Assembly: GCA_012295275.1 (NCBI GenBank)
Contig: CM022676.1
Location: forward strand, 7,936,001 to 8,000,000
DNA: 64,000 bases
Source: Chrysomallon squamiferum
Lineage: Eukaryota; Animalia; Mollusca
Direction: 5' to 3'
In this document: piece by piece, positions 53,907 to 64,000 of the stretch
Layout: the number at the start of each line of letters is the position of its first letter
How positions within the stretch are numbered: the stretch's first letter is position 1
Notes under the pieces: model-generated
Told to the model about the DNA's origin: nothing
The model's input: the letters and a program-made list of their open reading frames with translations, nothing else
Databases searched by the model: none
Program-made: the position numbers and the translations under genes

Positions 53907-54404
53907 CGGATGAAGGATTATCAATATACCTATATATATATATATATAGGTATATTGATAATCCTTCATCCGAAATACTTTTGAATACTTTTGGGATTTA
54001 ATGACATAGCCTAAGGATAGAAATACAGTTTAAACATTAATTCCAGGATTTTGTATTTAGAATTTTATAAATATATGTACATATATACAGTTTGTCGCAC
54101 TACTGACTACTAAATATATGTGTGTATGTATGTATGCGTGTGTATATATATGTGCACACATACACGCATACTCACACATCGATGTATCTATAGAAACACT
54201 TTTCACGTGTGTGTATGTGTATATATTTCATTCCATGTTTCAGATAATCAGACTGCGCCAGAGGCTGTACATCAGGAGAGAAGGAATCCATATTCTTCTC
54301 TAGAAGAAAGAGGATATGAAGTCCCTTATGACGTCTTACAAAGTTTGATAGTAAATGAAGTGAGAGGAGTAAATGATAAAGAAGAAAACAAATTTATTTG
54401 TTAA
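48769..54404 (+). CDS. g5: Ig-superfamily type I receptor with three ITAMs (multi-exon gene span)
   Basis: L 48769-48826, A 49096-49404, C 49922-50233, (D 50558-50818, TG acceptor), TM 51470-51586, tail exons 52171-52201, 52546-52592, 52783-52887, 53502-53606, 54244-54404; open and in phase. Confidence 0.82.
49096..49404 (+). CDS. g5 exon A, V-like Ig
   Basis: 309 nt; FTFTCRGGHSNVTVWFVNN..ETVWRCGDEGGRSNEIKLEVR. Confidence 0.87.
49922..50233 (+). CDS. g5 exon C, V-like Ig
   Basis: 312 nt; FTLTCRIFEYSDRVIWFEN..QGNIWRCES. Confidence 0.87.
50558..50818 (+). CDS. g5 exon D, C2-like Ig, acceptor AG mutated to TG
   Basis: 261 nt open, but preceded by ttcactg rather than cacag. Confidence 0.55.
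51028..51366. mobile_element. Truncated pogo/Tigger-like non-autonomous DNA element in a g5 intron
   Basis: TA|CAGTGGTACCTCGACTT.. terminus, internal gagttacgagc repeats; absent from the paralogous introns; right TIR not seen. Confidence 0.45.
51470..51586 (+). CDS. g5 transmembrane exon
   Basis: AVEDSSQFGNGFGSGFGIFFVLSVIIIIVVVIYFRYKK. Confidence 0.85.
52171..52201 (+). CDS. g5 micro-exon
   Basis: 31 nt; RKKKPTSKQQ. Confidence 0.65.
52546..52592 (+). CDS. g5 47-nt tail exon
   Basis: ISTNQPVYNSVAPVA. Confidence 0.68.
52783..52887 (+). CDS. g5 ITAM exon 1
   Basis: DNQTAPEVVHHDTRNPYSSLEERRNEVPYDALMFD. Confidence 0.8.
53502..53606 (+). CDS. g5 ITAM exon 2
   Basis: DDQTAPAAEHQDTGNPYSSLEDRGYEFAYAVLLPD. 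Confidence 0.8.
53902..53977. repeat. 76-bp perfect palindrome
   Basis: tatttcggatgaaggattatcaatatacc-(ta)9-ggtatattgataatccttcatccgaaata. Confidence 0.95.
54244..54404 (+). CDS. g5 ITAM exon 3 (probable terminal exon)
   Basis: NNQTAPEAVHQERRNPYSSLEERGYEVPYDVLQSLIVNEVRGVNDKEENKFIC*. Confidence 0.75.
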
Positions 54405-55011
54405 TCATAAACTTCGAAGGCACTGTCATAAAAACGTTAAATAAGGTTAAATTGTTAAATGATTTTACAAAAATGTAAATACATTTTTTTTTCTACAGTT
54501 AATGAGTTGTTAATCGCGAATTTCTATCATTTATTACCATTGTGTGAATTGTGACTGTAACTGTTAAACTTTGTCACCGAAGTTAACGTCCTTACATAAA
54601 AACACAAAAATATTAATATACGTACATACATACATTCATACATACATATATACAGAAAGAGAGACATACATACACACATATATACAGACTAAACTACTTA
54701 CCTGCATACCTATCTACATACATGCAAACACAGAAATACACATAGATATAATAACGTAAAATACATACGTATATAAAGACAAACATGCATAATAAATAAA
54801 TAAGTAAATAATCGTACTGAGACAAATTAACTATAAAAAATACAACGCTGTATGTCATGTCTCTGAGCTGAATACAGGTTGCTCGGATTCAGTCGACTGC
54901 ATCTAATGTATTGAAAAATATATTCAACCACCCAGAGAATAGTTTGTGAAATGCATGAAGGCCTTGAAAATTATATTTATATCGACTGCAGTGAAAACTA
55001 AAATACTGGAA

Positions 55012-55483
55012 ATGAGTTGTAAGTTGTTGTGTGTGTTCGTGTTACTGGGATTTATATTGTTTGTACAAGGAGTGTATTTTATATTTAATTGTTAATTTAT
55101 TTTTATTTTTTTATTATTATTATTGTTATTATTTATTTTATGTAAGTTAATCTCGTTCGATTTACAAACTGTAAAATATAAATGTAGACGACGTTTTGTA
55201 TCGTTGTGTAACTGTGTAATGTGATCTTTTGAAACATACCTGTATTAAAACATGAGAAAATAACACAACACAACATAACATAACATAGCATAGCATAGCA
55301 TACAATGACATAACATGACATGACAGTCCATAACACAACGTAACATAACGCAATGTAAGATAATGCAATACAACGTAAAATTATGTAGTAAAGTATCAGT
55401 AAAAAACAAAAAATAATAATAATAAAATAATAATAAGTTTTTCTGTGTGTTCATGTTACTGTGATGTGTATTGTAGGTACAAG
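55012..55483 (+). pseudogene. Two orphan leader-exon remnants
   Basis: 55012-55069 MSCKLLCVFVLLGFILFVQG with donor GT changed to GA; ~55435-55483 partial copy with stops; no Ig exon follows on +. Confidence 0.68.
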
Positions 55484-56781
55484 GTATGTATTTTACATTC
55501 ATCTCTATCTGAGTTAATCTCATGTAATAACTGTGAAATCTGGGTGGAGTCCTTGTAATATTTGGACGTCTACGTAAGACTATGTCAATGAAACGTATGA
55601 CTATGTTAGTAAAACTCTTGAAACAAATTTAATAAAATATGAAACAATAAAATAAAATAACATGACATAACATAACATAACGTAGTGTAAAATAATGTAA
55701 TGCAATGAAACATATTGTAATACGACGTAAAATTGTGTAATAAGCATAAAAATGTAATAAATACTGAATTGCAATGAAAGATTTTCCAGGTGTACACCTC
55801 ATTGTTTCGAATTGTATACGTTCCTGAGAAAGAAAAAAAACAAACAAAAAATAAAACATGAAAAACCAACAGAAAGAAAATAAGGGAAAATTTTGTCAAA
55901 GTCTAGTAGATAACGAAAACTGACAATGCACGATTAATGTGAATAATTAAAGTTTAATATTTTGGTTCATTGTTCAACTGATGCAGTGGAAAGGTGTCCA
56001 AACGTGAAAAGAAGTCTACGAAACGCTTGAATAATACAAAACTCAGATTCGCCATCTCGTACTATTTTTAATAAAGTTTGTGCAAAGAACAAGGAGGTTT
56101 TCTTCGTCTCGTTTGTGATGACGTAATGCATCCAGATGACGTCACTCCTAAAATATCTAGCAATTATTTAGCAATTCGAGATAGTAAGGTAGGCAAAAAA
56201 GAAAGAAAAACGAAAGAAAATGTTTACGTATGCTTTTGTTAAATGGTAACAACAACAACAGCAACAGTAATGCATGTATTTTTGTTTTATATATTATTTA
56301 TTTCGTCTCCTGAGAAAAATAAAATGTTCATGTGTCCATATAAAGATATTATATATCAGTGTAAACATCTAGCCCAGATCTAAATACATAAATATTAATT
56401 CTAAATTAACCTTTTTTGTTAAGTTAGTCATAATTTTTTAATTGTATTCTACTGAAATAAAGCACACAGAATAATACATTTTATTATTAGTTAGTAAAGT
56501 AGAAACAGATAAACCCATTGCAAATTCTGGTGAATTTCTTACGCCATCGACCGATCTAATATCGCCATCAGCTGATTCTTTATTCTTAAGGGGAAATCCA
56601 TTCCAAAAAACACCAACCATGTGTCGAATAACCAAACAAGCTGGTATTCTAAATAATGGATGTTCTAGCTGGTGGGCGTTATTCTTAATGCTAAGCACTA
56701 ATGAAGTTTTTTTAACACTGAGTTTGTAAAGTTTGTGTAACTGATGATGATGAAGTGGATATCGTTTTTTTGCAATAGAAC

Positions 56782-56818
56782 TCACAGCCTAGTGTATTCG
56801 TTATCTCTGATTTTACTC
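56782..56818 (-). CDS. g6 probable terminal exon (..DNEYTRL*)
   Basis: ttttag|G AGT AAA ATC..CTG TGA continues the micro-exon phase; a gtgag donor overlaps the stop, so the tail might continue. Confidence 0.5.
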
Positions 56819-57017
56819 CTAAAACATAACAATAATAATGTTAACAACAACATAAACAACAATAATAGCGTCAAAATAAACCAAAAAAACAATAATGATA
56901 ATAACAATAACAACAACAAGAATAATAGTGATAGCAATAACAGCAATAACAATAATAATAATAATAGCAACAACAGCAGTGATGATGATAAGGATGATGA
57001 TGGTAGTAGTAGTAGCG

Positions 57018-57064
<47 letters not shown>

Positions 57065-57165
57065 CATAATAATCATAATTACAACAACAGTATTTTTAAA
57101 AACTGTTTCGAGTCTTGATTCAAAAAATATTGATGTGCGTACGTGCATGGGTACGTCATAGTATT

Positions 57166-57196
<31 letters not shown>

Positions 57197-57442
57197 TACC
57201 ATATCATGAGTATCGTTTCTGTTATTTCAGAATGTAAGATTCTTTCTTTTAATACATGAATAAGCCTCTACATACATGTATTAGTATATTTAATATAATA
57301 TAATATAATACAATACAATACAATATAATATTGTGTAAATGGTACTTATATCTGTTTGTTCTGTTGTTGTATTTTTATGTGTTTTTTATACGTACCTCGT
57401 TTTATCTTTTAAATGTGACAATTTTCTACCTGAAATAATAAT

Positions 57443-57483
<41 letters not shown>

Positions 57484-57638
57484 CAACAACATCAGTAATA
57501 GTATTTGTAATAGTAATAGTAATAGTAGTGATAGTATCAGTAGTATAACTATTAGGATTACTAATAGTAATAATTATGACAGTAATAATAATCACAATAA
57601 TGTAATAGCGTCTGTAATAATAGTGTTAGCAGTATCAA

Positions 57639-57673
<35 letters not shown>

Positions 57674-58043
57674 ATACTAATAGTAGTAGTGGTAATAATT
57701 ATAAATCAAGTAAATTATGATATCATTTGAAAACAATAATCCTTTTTACATATCTTTTTAAATATTCGTTTCATGGTGTTTTGCAAATCTACATGTAACA
57801 AAGTGTACGAAAACTGAGTTATTTGAGTAAATGAAACTTTATATTAAATAATATTAAATTACTTACATTGACGTATTTCATACAATACGAAGATGCCGGC
57901 TAATACCGCTATGAACAAAACAAGAAATTTTCCAGAATCATCGAAAATATTCAAAAAAATATTTTTCTTTCTTGTGGGAAAACCTGAAAATAGAAAATAA
58001 ATGAAGAAATATATAAGTAAATATTTCATATACTCAGAGTTAT

Positions 58044-58101
<58 letters not shown>

Positions 58102-61029
58102 AAAACAAAAATTGAAAATGAGACTTACATTCTACGAGGAGTTTCAAAGATTTCCTAACAGAGGATTTAATTCCGTTGTCTGCTTCACACGTGTAATCTC
58201 CAGCATCCAAGCACGTGCGCCCGTCCCACGTGTAGTTCACGTTGGTCACGTTACTGACCTGATACAGGAGCTTTTCCCCCTTCATGATTTTAATCGTTGG
58301 TTTAGGATTGCCGTCTGCACTGCAGGACAGAATCATTTGTGAGTCTTGCGAAACAAGAACACTGAAATCCATGAAGGAAATACTTGGCTGATCTACGTAA
58401 CGAAATAAAAATAAAAATAAATTCATTAGTTTACTTGCAAACAAGTAATTCAAGTGTTTTAGACAGTTCATTAAACGTACACAGTCGTTCACCTACGTGA
58501 AGTAGAAAAATTAAAAACGTTGACGTGTAAAACATATTCTTAAAATTATTTGTAGACCAAAGATAAAGATCCACAGAAAACAAATATATCCACATACATA
58601 CACATTCAAATACATGTCCAAACACATAGATACACTTACATATAAACTGACACATATGCACACACACACACACACACACACACACCAGTAGTACCAGTGT
58701 ATACACCAGGCAAGTTTCAGATCAGGTTTACTCGGATTTCTGGATTATCTCACATTGTGGATCAATACTTAATGAATATTAGTACTTGTGTTAACAATAC
58801 TAGTAGCTGTAGTTGTTCTTGTTGTAGTGGCAGCAGTAAAATAAACAGTAGTAGTAATTATTGCAGTTGTAATAGTAGTAGTAACAAAAGTAGTAATAAA
58901 AGTAGCAGTAGTAGTTGTTGTTGTGGTGGTAGAAGCAAAACAAAAAATTACGTTTGATGATATGAATTAAGGCCATAATTCATTTGATATATTCCCAATG
59001 ATTATTTTCTTTGTTTAGTGAATCTAACCTCTGTTAATTATAAAGCATAAAACCAATAAATGAAATCCAATATTCTCCACTTATTCATAACAAAAATAAT
59101 GAAATAGTAAAAACTTGGCACCATTTGGACGATACACACACAAGTTATATAATTATAATTCTTTAATTAAACTAAAGTATTAAAAATGCAGTGAGAAATA
59201 AAACAACTCACAGACTACATTTATATATAAATTCGTGCTGGATGTTTCTCCCGTGTCTGCGTTTCTAGCGACGCACGTGTAGACGCCATGTTGTGATCTG
59301 TTAACATTAGCCAATGACAAGACGCGTTTATTGCTGGACGTCACGCCATTGAACATCCACCTGTAGCGGCACGTGACGAAACAAGAGGCTGCGCATGACA
59401 CTGCGACGTCACTTCCTTCTTCCACTGTGATTTCTGAAGTGGTGTTGAGATGTACTGAACTGCCTGGGCCATCTTGCAATGGAAAACAATTGCTTTTAAA
59501 TATGTATATCTGTTTAAAAATCTGTCTCTGCATACCTACACACATAAAATGCAATGATAATATAACAGAATACGATATTAAAATAACAGACATATACATA
59601 AATAGTAAGTAGGTAGGTAAACAGACAGATAGATAGACAGATTGTTTCGCAGACAAACGGATAAACAGACAGATGTAAGTATTATACAAACAATTAAACC
59701 ACAAGATCTCCGGTCGTTTGAAATTAAACTAAATAAACTTTTAGCGAAATTACATTCAGTCAGACTCGAGTATAGCGTCTCCTTCCTCTACCCGGTGTTA
59801 TGTTAAAGTAGGTACTCCGTCAAAGCTGGACCTACATTTCTGGGGCCCTGAAGCTTGAACATGCTTTACAAATTTAACCTGAGTATTTCAGATTATGATT
59901 AGAATGGTGAAGAGATGTGGACTAAAGTCACGTCTGGGGGCCCTACTGGTCTCAAGCTTCGTTAGTTTCATAACAGATCCGCCCCTGTACTCAGAAACGC
60001 CTCTATTTTTCTTCTCCTATACATTGTTGACCTACTTTTTCAGACTTTTTAACGCTTGATTTTCTTTCTAAGTACAAAATGGTCCTATCTAAGTACAAAA
60101 TGCATGAATAGAAAATAGTATACGGATGACTGCGTGTGAAAAAAACTCATTTAATTTCATCAGAAGAGTCAGTGGGTAGCCGCCACTTCGTTCTGCTTCT
60201 AAAACGTGTGTCACAAACCTCTTTCATACTTTTTACATTCGCGAGGTTAACTCTACGAGTTTTCTTTCTGCACACAAACTTGACAGGGCACACACACAAT
60301 CTTTGTTTCCTTTCTTTGTCCAGTGTTTCGCCTCTGACAGCTGGATTCTTTCCCCTGTTTATTATCTAATTTGTTCAGTTTTATTTGATTAGCTTGATTA
60401 ACATTCATACTGAATTGTTTCTTAATTACAGCAAAATCTCTGCTAATTGGTATAATTATTTAATTTTAATCAGGCAAGATTTTTAGTTACTTATAAAATT
60501 GCTTACGTGAAGCAATATCATTTGTTTTTCTTTAAATGTGTTTAATCATAATAAGATGCGTAATTATCTGTTTTTTACAATAGCAAATGTTTAATTAGTT
60601 AAATTATAATATTTACTTAATTAGCTATTTTTAAATTTGTTTAGTTATCATAATAATTATATAATTAACTGTTTTAAAAACGTGATGAATGACGACAATA
60701 AATTAGATATTTCCAAAAATTTGTTTAGTTACAGTACAAGCACTTAATTTGCTATTCTTGAAGTCTGTTTAAATAGTATAACACATACTAAATCAGTTAT
60801 TGTTAAAACTTTATGTATGTATGTAAGTAGGTAACTAGGTATGTATTTACTGACACATCTGTAAACTAATTTCTATCGAGAAAAGTCAAAGTATTATATT
60901 CATAAATACAAAAACAAATTAAAAACTTAGTCCTAGCCCACGTAAAAAAATAAGAAACAAAAACGTGTATAGAATGTATTTACACTGTTGTTCATACAAT
61001 GACAAACCTCGATTGACAAAATAAATCAA

Positions 61030-61089
<60 letters not shown>

Positions 61090-62914
61090 CATTAAAATTA
61101 CCTCTGACTTCCAGAATAATTTCATTACTTTTTTCAGTTCCTGATTTTCCACCACAGCTCCAAATGGTTCCTTGATGAGAGATTTTAACTCGCTTTATTG
61201 TGAGTTGGAAAACGGATTGTGAACAGTTGAATATGTAGGCAGGATTGGGCTGGGGTGGAGTACATCGCCCGTTTTTGTCTACACGCACGTTGTAGTGGAT
61301 GTTGCTCTCAAACCACGTGACAGTGTTGTCGGCCACGTCTGTGGTACAGGTTAAGATAAAAGGAGAGTCAATGTTTCCATAGTAACGAGACGATTTCAAG
61401 TGATGTAGACCTAAATAAATAAAGAAATAAATTTAAAACAATATATTAACACAAATATATAAATAAAGAAATCTCCAAAGATATATATATATAAACAATT
61501 AACAGCTATTAAATGGAATAATTAACGATGTAAATATACAAATAAAGAAATATTTAAAAATTAAAATGTATTAATCATTCTTTTTGTTCGTTTGTTTTTC
61601 TCTGTTTTTATTTTTTCTTATTGTTTTCTTCATTGTTTTGTTTGATTACTTGTTTTGATATTTTTAATTATTATTATTATTTCCTTCTTTCTTTCTTTAA
61701 ATATTCCACCCAGACTTTACAGTTAGTAAATGAGATTAACTCAGATAGAGATAAATAATCTGTATATAAAATACATACCTTGTACGTACAATATACATCC
61801 CAGTAACACGAATACACAGAATAACTTACAACTCATTTCCACTATTTTAGTTTTCATTGCCGTTAACAAAAAATATAGTTTTTACTTTATAATCTTTTCT
61901 TAACTACTTTCTTGTTTCACTGCCGTTAATAAGAATATTTCTTCACTATTTCCTTGTTTGCTAAGTTATAAGGTGTACTGAATATCGATCTGTCGGTACC
62001 TCGTTTTATGAGTACCTAAACAACTGCTATTCAATAAAATACCCTGATTAGAAATTCAGCTGTTCACCTGGTAGCCCAGTTTACACTGCTCTTAAAAAGT
62101 TCAACACGCGTTTTACTCTTTGTAAAGTAAACTCTGGTTGGCTGTTGATGTTTTTAAATGTAGTCGATCCAGTCGACTGAATCCATTAACTTAAGAAAAT
62201 ACGTACTATACAGCGTGCTATTTTGTTACGTGCATATTCGTATGTGTGTATGTGTGTATGTGTGTAAGTGTGTATGTATGCGTGTGTGTTTTATAAATGC
62301 ATGTATGTGTATATGTGTGTGTGTATGTATGCCTTTGATATGTATATGAATGTTGGTGTGGGTGTATATGTGCATGTATGTGTGTGTAACTGCGAATGTG
62401 TGTGTATGTCTAAGTACGTACAGACAGTCTCGTTCAGTTTAATTTTATGAACGTTATCCTCTGCCAGTAGACCGTGTATATAAAAAATGTTACTCCACGT
62501 TCTGTTACCTTTTGCTGAAAGCCTCTTTAAACCTTGGCAATTAATTTCTTTACATCCTGTCGGCTGTAAATTTAGCCGAGAGGAAAAAAGGCATTCTAGT
62601 GTTACTGGGGAGCTATTTCTCACACAATACAACCTACTCATTTCATAATGTTATGTGCTTACTTAGCCTACTATGAGAAAAACTGTAAACCAATTTTAAT
62701 GTAAGTAGGGCATTTATAATTATAGGATCCCCATTATTATATGTACAGTACTGTATAAAGTAACACCATCTCAACCTTAAACCACACATATTTATATTCT
62801 TTTTCAGTAAACACTTAGTCTACACCAAACTCACTTAAACTGTATTATATTTAGTACTTGCTGCAAAAAACAACAACAACAACAACAAATAATAATAACA
62901 AACACAACTACAGC

Positions 62915-62971
<57 letters not shown>

Positions 62972-63637
62972 AATAAAATATTTAATGGTCACTGCTACTT
63001 GAAGTGGGCCAAAAATGTCGCTCCAGAATCTTGTCGACGACAAATTAAAATAATAAAAATAAATAAAAATCTGCGATTAAATTTGAGCACAAGATGCACG
63101 CAAAATGAGAGCAAAGCAAGTGAAATTGACAACTGCGCATGCTTGATCCGTGTCCAGTCCTCCCGAGATGAGTTTTATTTATTTTGTTACGTTTTATTTC
63201 TCAGCTTTGTTCACGTTAAATTAAAGATGGCTGGCGTGGAAAAAAATAACAATTCCATAATGCACTCTTCTGTTGAGCGGTGAGCTTGAGAAAATCGGAC
63301 CGAGTATGAACGCAATCAGGACGGAAGGTGCCGAGTATGTCCGAACAGTGTCGACAGAGAAATATGAGACTAGCTTTAGCCGCTGCTGTCAAAGGTAAAG
63401 TCGAACAGTCGTAACTGTACAGTTCGTAAGTCGACGACAGTCTGTATGTAGGTATGTGTGTTTTTGATTTGTTAAATCAAAACAAACAGTTATTTACAAT
63501 GATTAATATGCAATAAATAAAGTGCATCAAGGAAGAAAAAAATGAAAAGAAAAGAAGATTAACACAAATACAATTGTCCTATAACCGAACTTCAAAAATA
63601 TACTAAGTAATTTTCAAAAAAAAAAAAAAAATGATAA

Positions 63638-63688
<51 letters not shown>

Positions 63689-63767
63689 GTAAATAAATAA
63701 ACAAGAAAAGATGCTCACCATGCACTGCACAAAATACCACAGTTAAGAGAAGGCAGACACGGCTCAT
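56782..63767 (-). CDS. g6: diverged 3-Ig-domain type I receptor paralog (multi-exon gene span)
   Basis: Leader 63719-63767 or 61779-61836, A 61102-61410, B/D-type 59212-59472, I-set 58129-58392, TM 57867-57983, micro-exon 57396-57429, last 56782-56818; GT/AG and phase-compatible. Confidence 0.78.
57396..57429 (-). CDS. g6 micro-exon (34 nt)
   Basis: ttcag|..CRKLSHLKDKT..AG|gtacgt; same length and phase as the g2 micro-exon. Confidence 0.6.
57867..57983 (-). CDS. g6 transmembrane exon
   Basis: 117 nt; CFPTRKKNIFLNIFDDSGKFLVLFIAVLAGIFVLYEIRQ|gtaagt. Confidence 0.7.
58129..58392 (-). CDS. g6 I-set/C2 Ig domain exon
   Basis: 264 nt; LSCSADGNPKPTI..DAGDYTCEADNG (canonical DxGxYxC). Confidence 0.88.
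59212..59472 (-). CDS. g6 B/D-type C2-like Ig exon
   Basis: 261 nt; DGPGSSVHL..SCAASCFVTCRYRW..HGVYTCVARN. Confidence 0.88.
61102..61410 (-). CDS. g6 exon A, V-like Ig
   Basis: 309 nt; SPFILTC..VTWFESN..RC..FNC..QGTIWSCG..SNEIILEVR. Confidence 0.87.
61779..61836 (-). CDS. g6 proximal, family-type signal-peptide exon
   Basis: MSCKLFCVFVLLGCILYVQG|gtatgt. Confidence 0.72.
63719..63767 (-). CDS. g6 distal, distinct signal-peptide exon
   Basis: MSRVCLLLTVVFCAVHG|gtgagc, phase 1; candidate acceptor (tacag) at ~63823 gives a short 5' UTR. Confidence 0.6.
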
Positions 63768-64000
63768 GTTTGCTAGGTAACCAAGGTTCAAACTACTCAC
63801 AAAGTTTTATACCTGTAATCTTATAGCTTACCCGTTTGTGTTACGTAGACCGTAGCGCGCTCTAAAAAAAAATAATAATAATAATAAAAACAATTCTAAA
63901 AAAAAAAAAAAAGAAGGTCATTGCGACTTGTCTCCTGTTACTGGTGTTTGGTTCATTGTTGACGTAATACGAAGCGAACATGTAATATATAGATGTTGTG

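Noticed and set aside
56438-56785. 115-aa minus-strand ORF just after the g6 stop
   Set aside because: Non-ATG start, no recognisable domain and no clear acceptor; more likely 3' UTR
57200-57270. Possible extra g6 tail exon
   Set aside because: The first candidate acceptor gives an immediate stop in the required phase and the alternative is weak; unsupported without transcripts
59820-59990. GC-richer intronic segment ending gatccgcccctg, possibly a MITE end
   Set aside because: Only one putative terminus and no target-site duplication identified; too weak to call

Overview
This is very AT-rich, microsatellite-dense animal genomic DNA with spliceosomal introns and a 200-N scaffold gap at 2036-2235. 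An invertebrate such as a mollusc is my inference, not established. Most ORF-track entries are microsatellite noise. Splicing by hand (GT/AG sites, exon phase) reveals a tandem cluster of six paralogous immunoglobulin-superfamily type I membrane receptor genes: g1-g5 on +, and a diverged g6 on -. The window also holds many orphan or pseudo exons. Each gene is built from a 58-nt signal-peptide exon, phase-1/1 Ig exons of two alternating classes (V-like A/C and C2-like B/D), a TM exon and small tyrosine-motif tail exons. Paralogs differ in Ig exon content (ABCD, AABCD, AD, AC(D)) and in signalling tail. g5 carries three tandem exons that each encode a canonical ITAM (YxxL-x8-YxxL). g2 carries an ITIM (VSYSVV) plus an ITSM (TVYYHV) and lacks the second ITAM tyrosine. 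This looks like a rapidly evolving paired activating/inhibitory Ig-receptor locus for immune or allorecognition. Also present: a decayed Tc1 transposase, a ~2 kb inverted duplication next to the gap, a triplicated leader block and a 76-bp perfect palindrome. All gene models are manual and lack transcript support.
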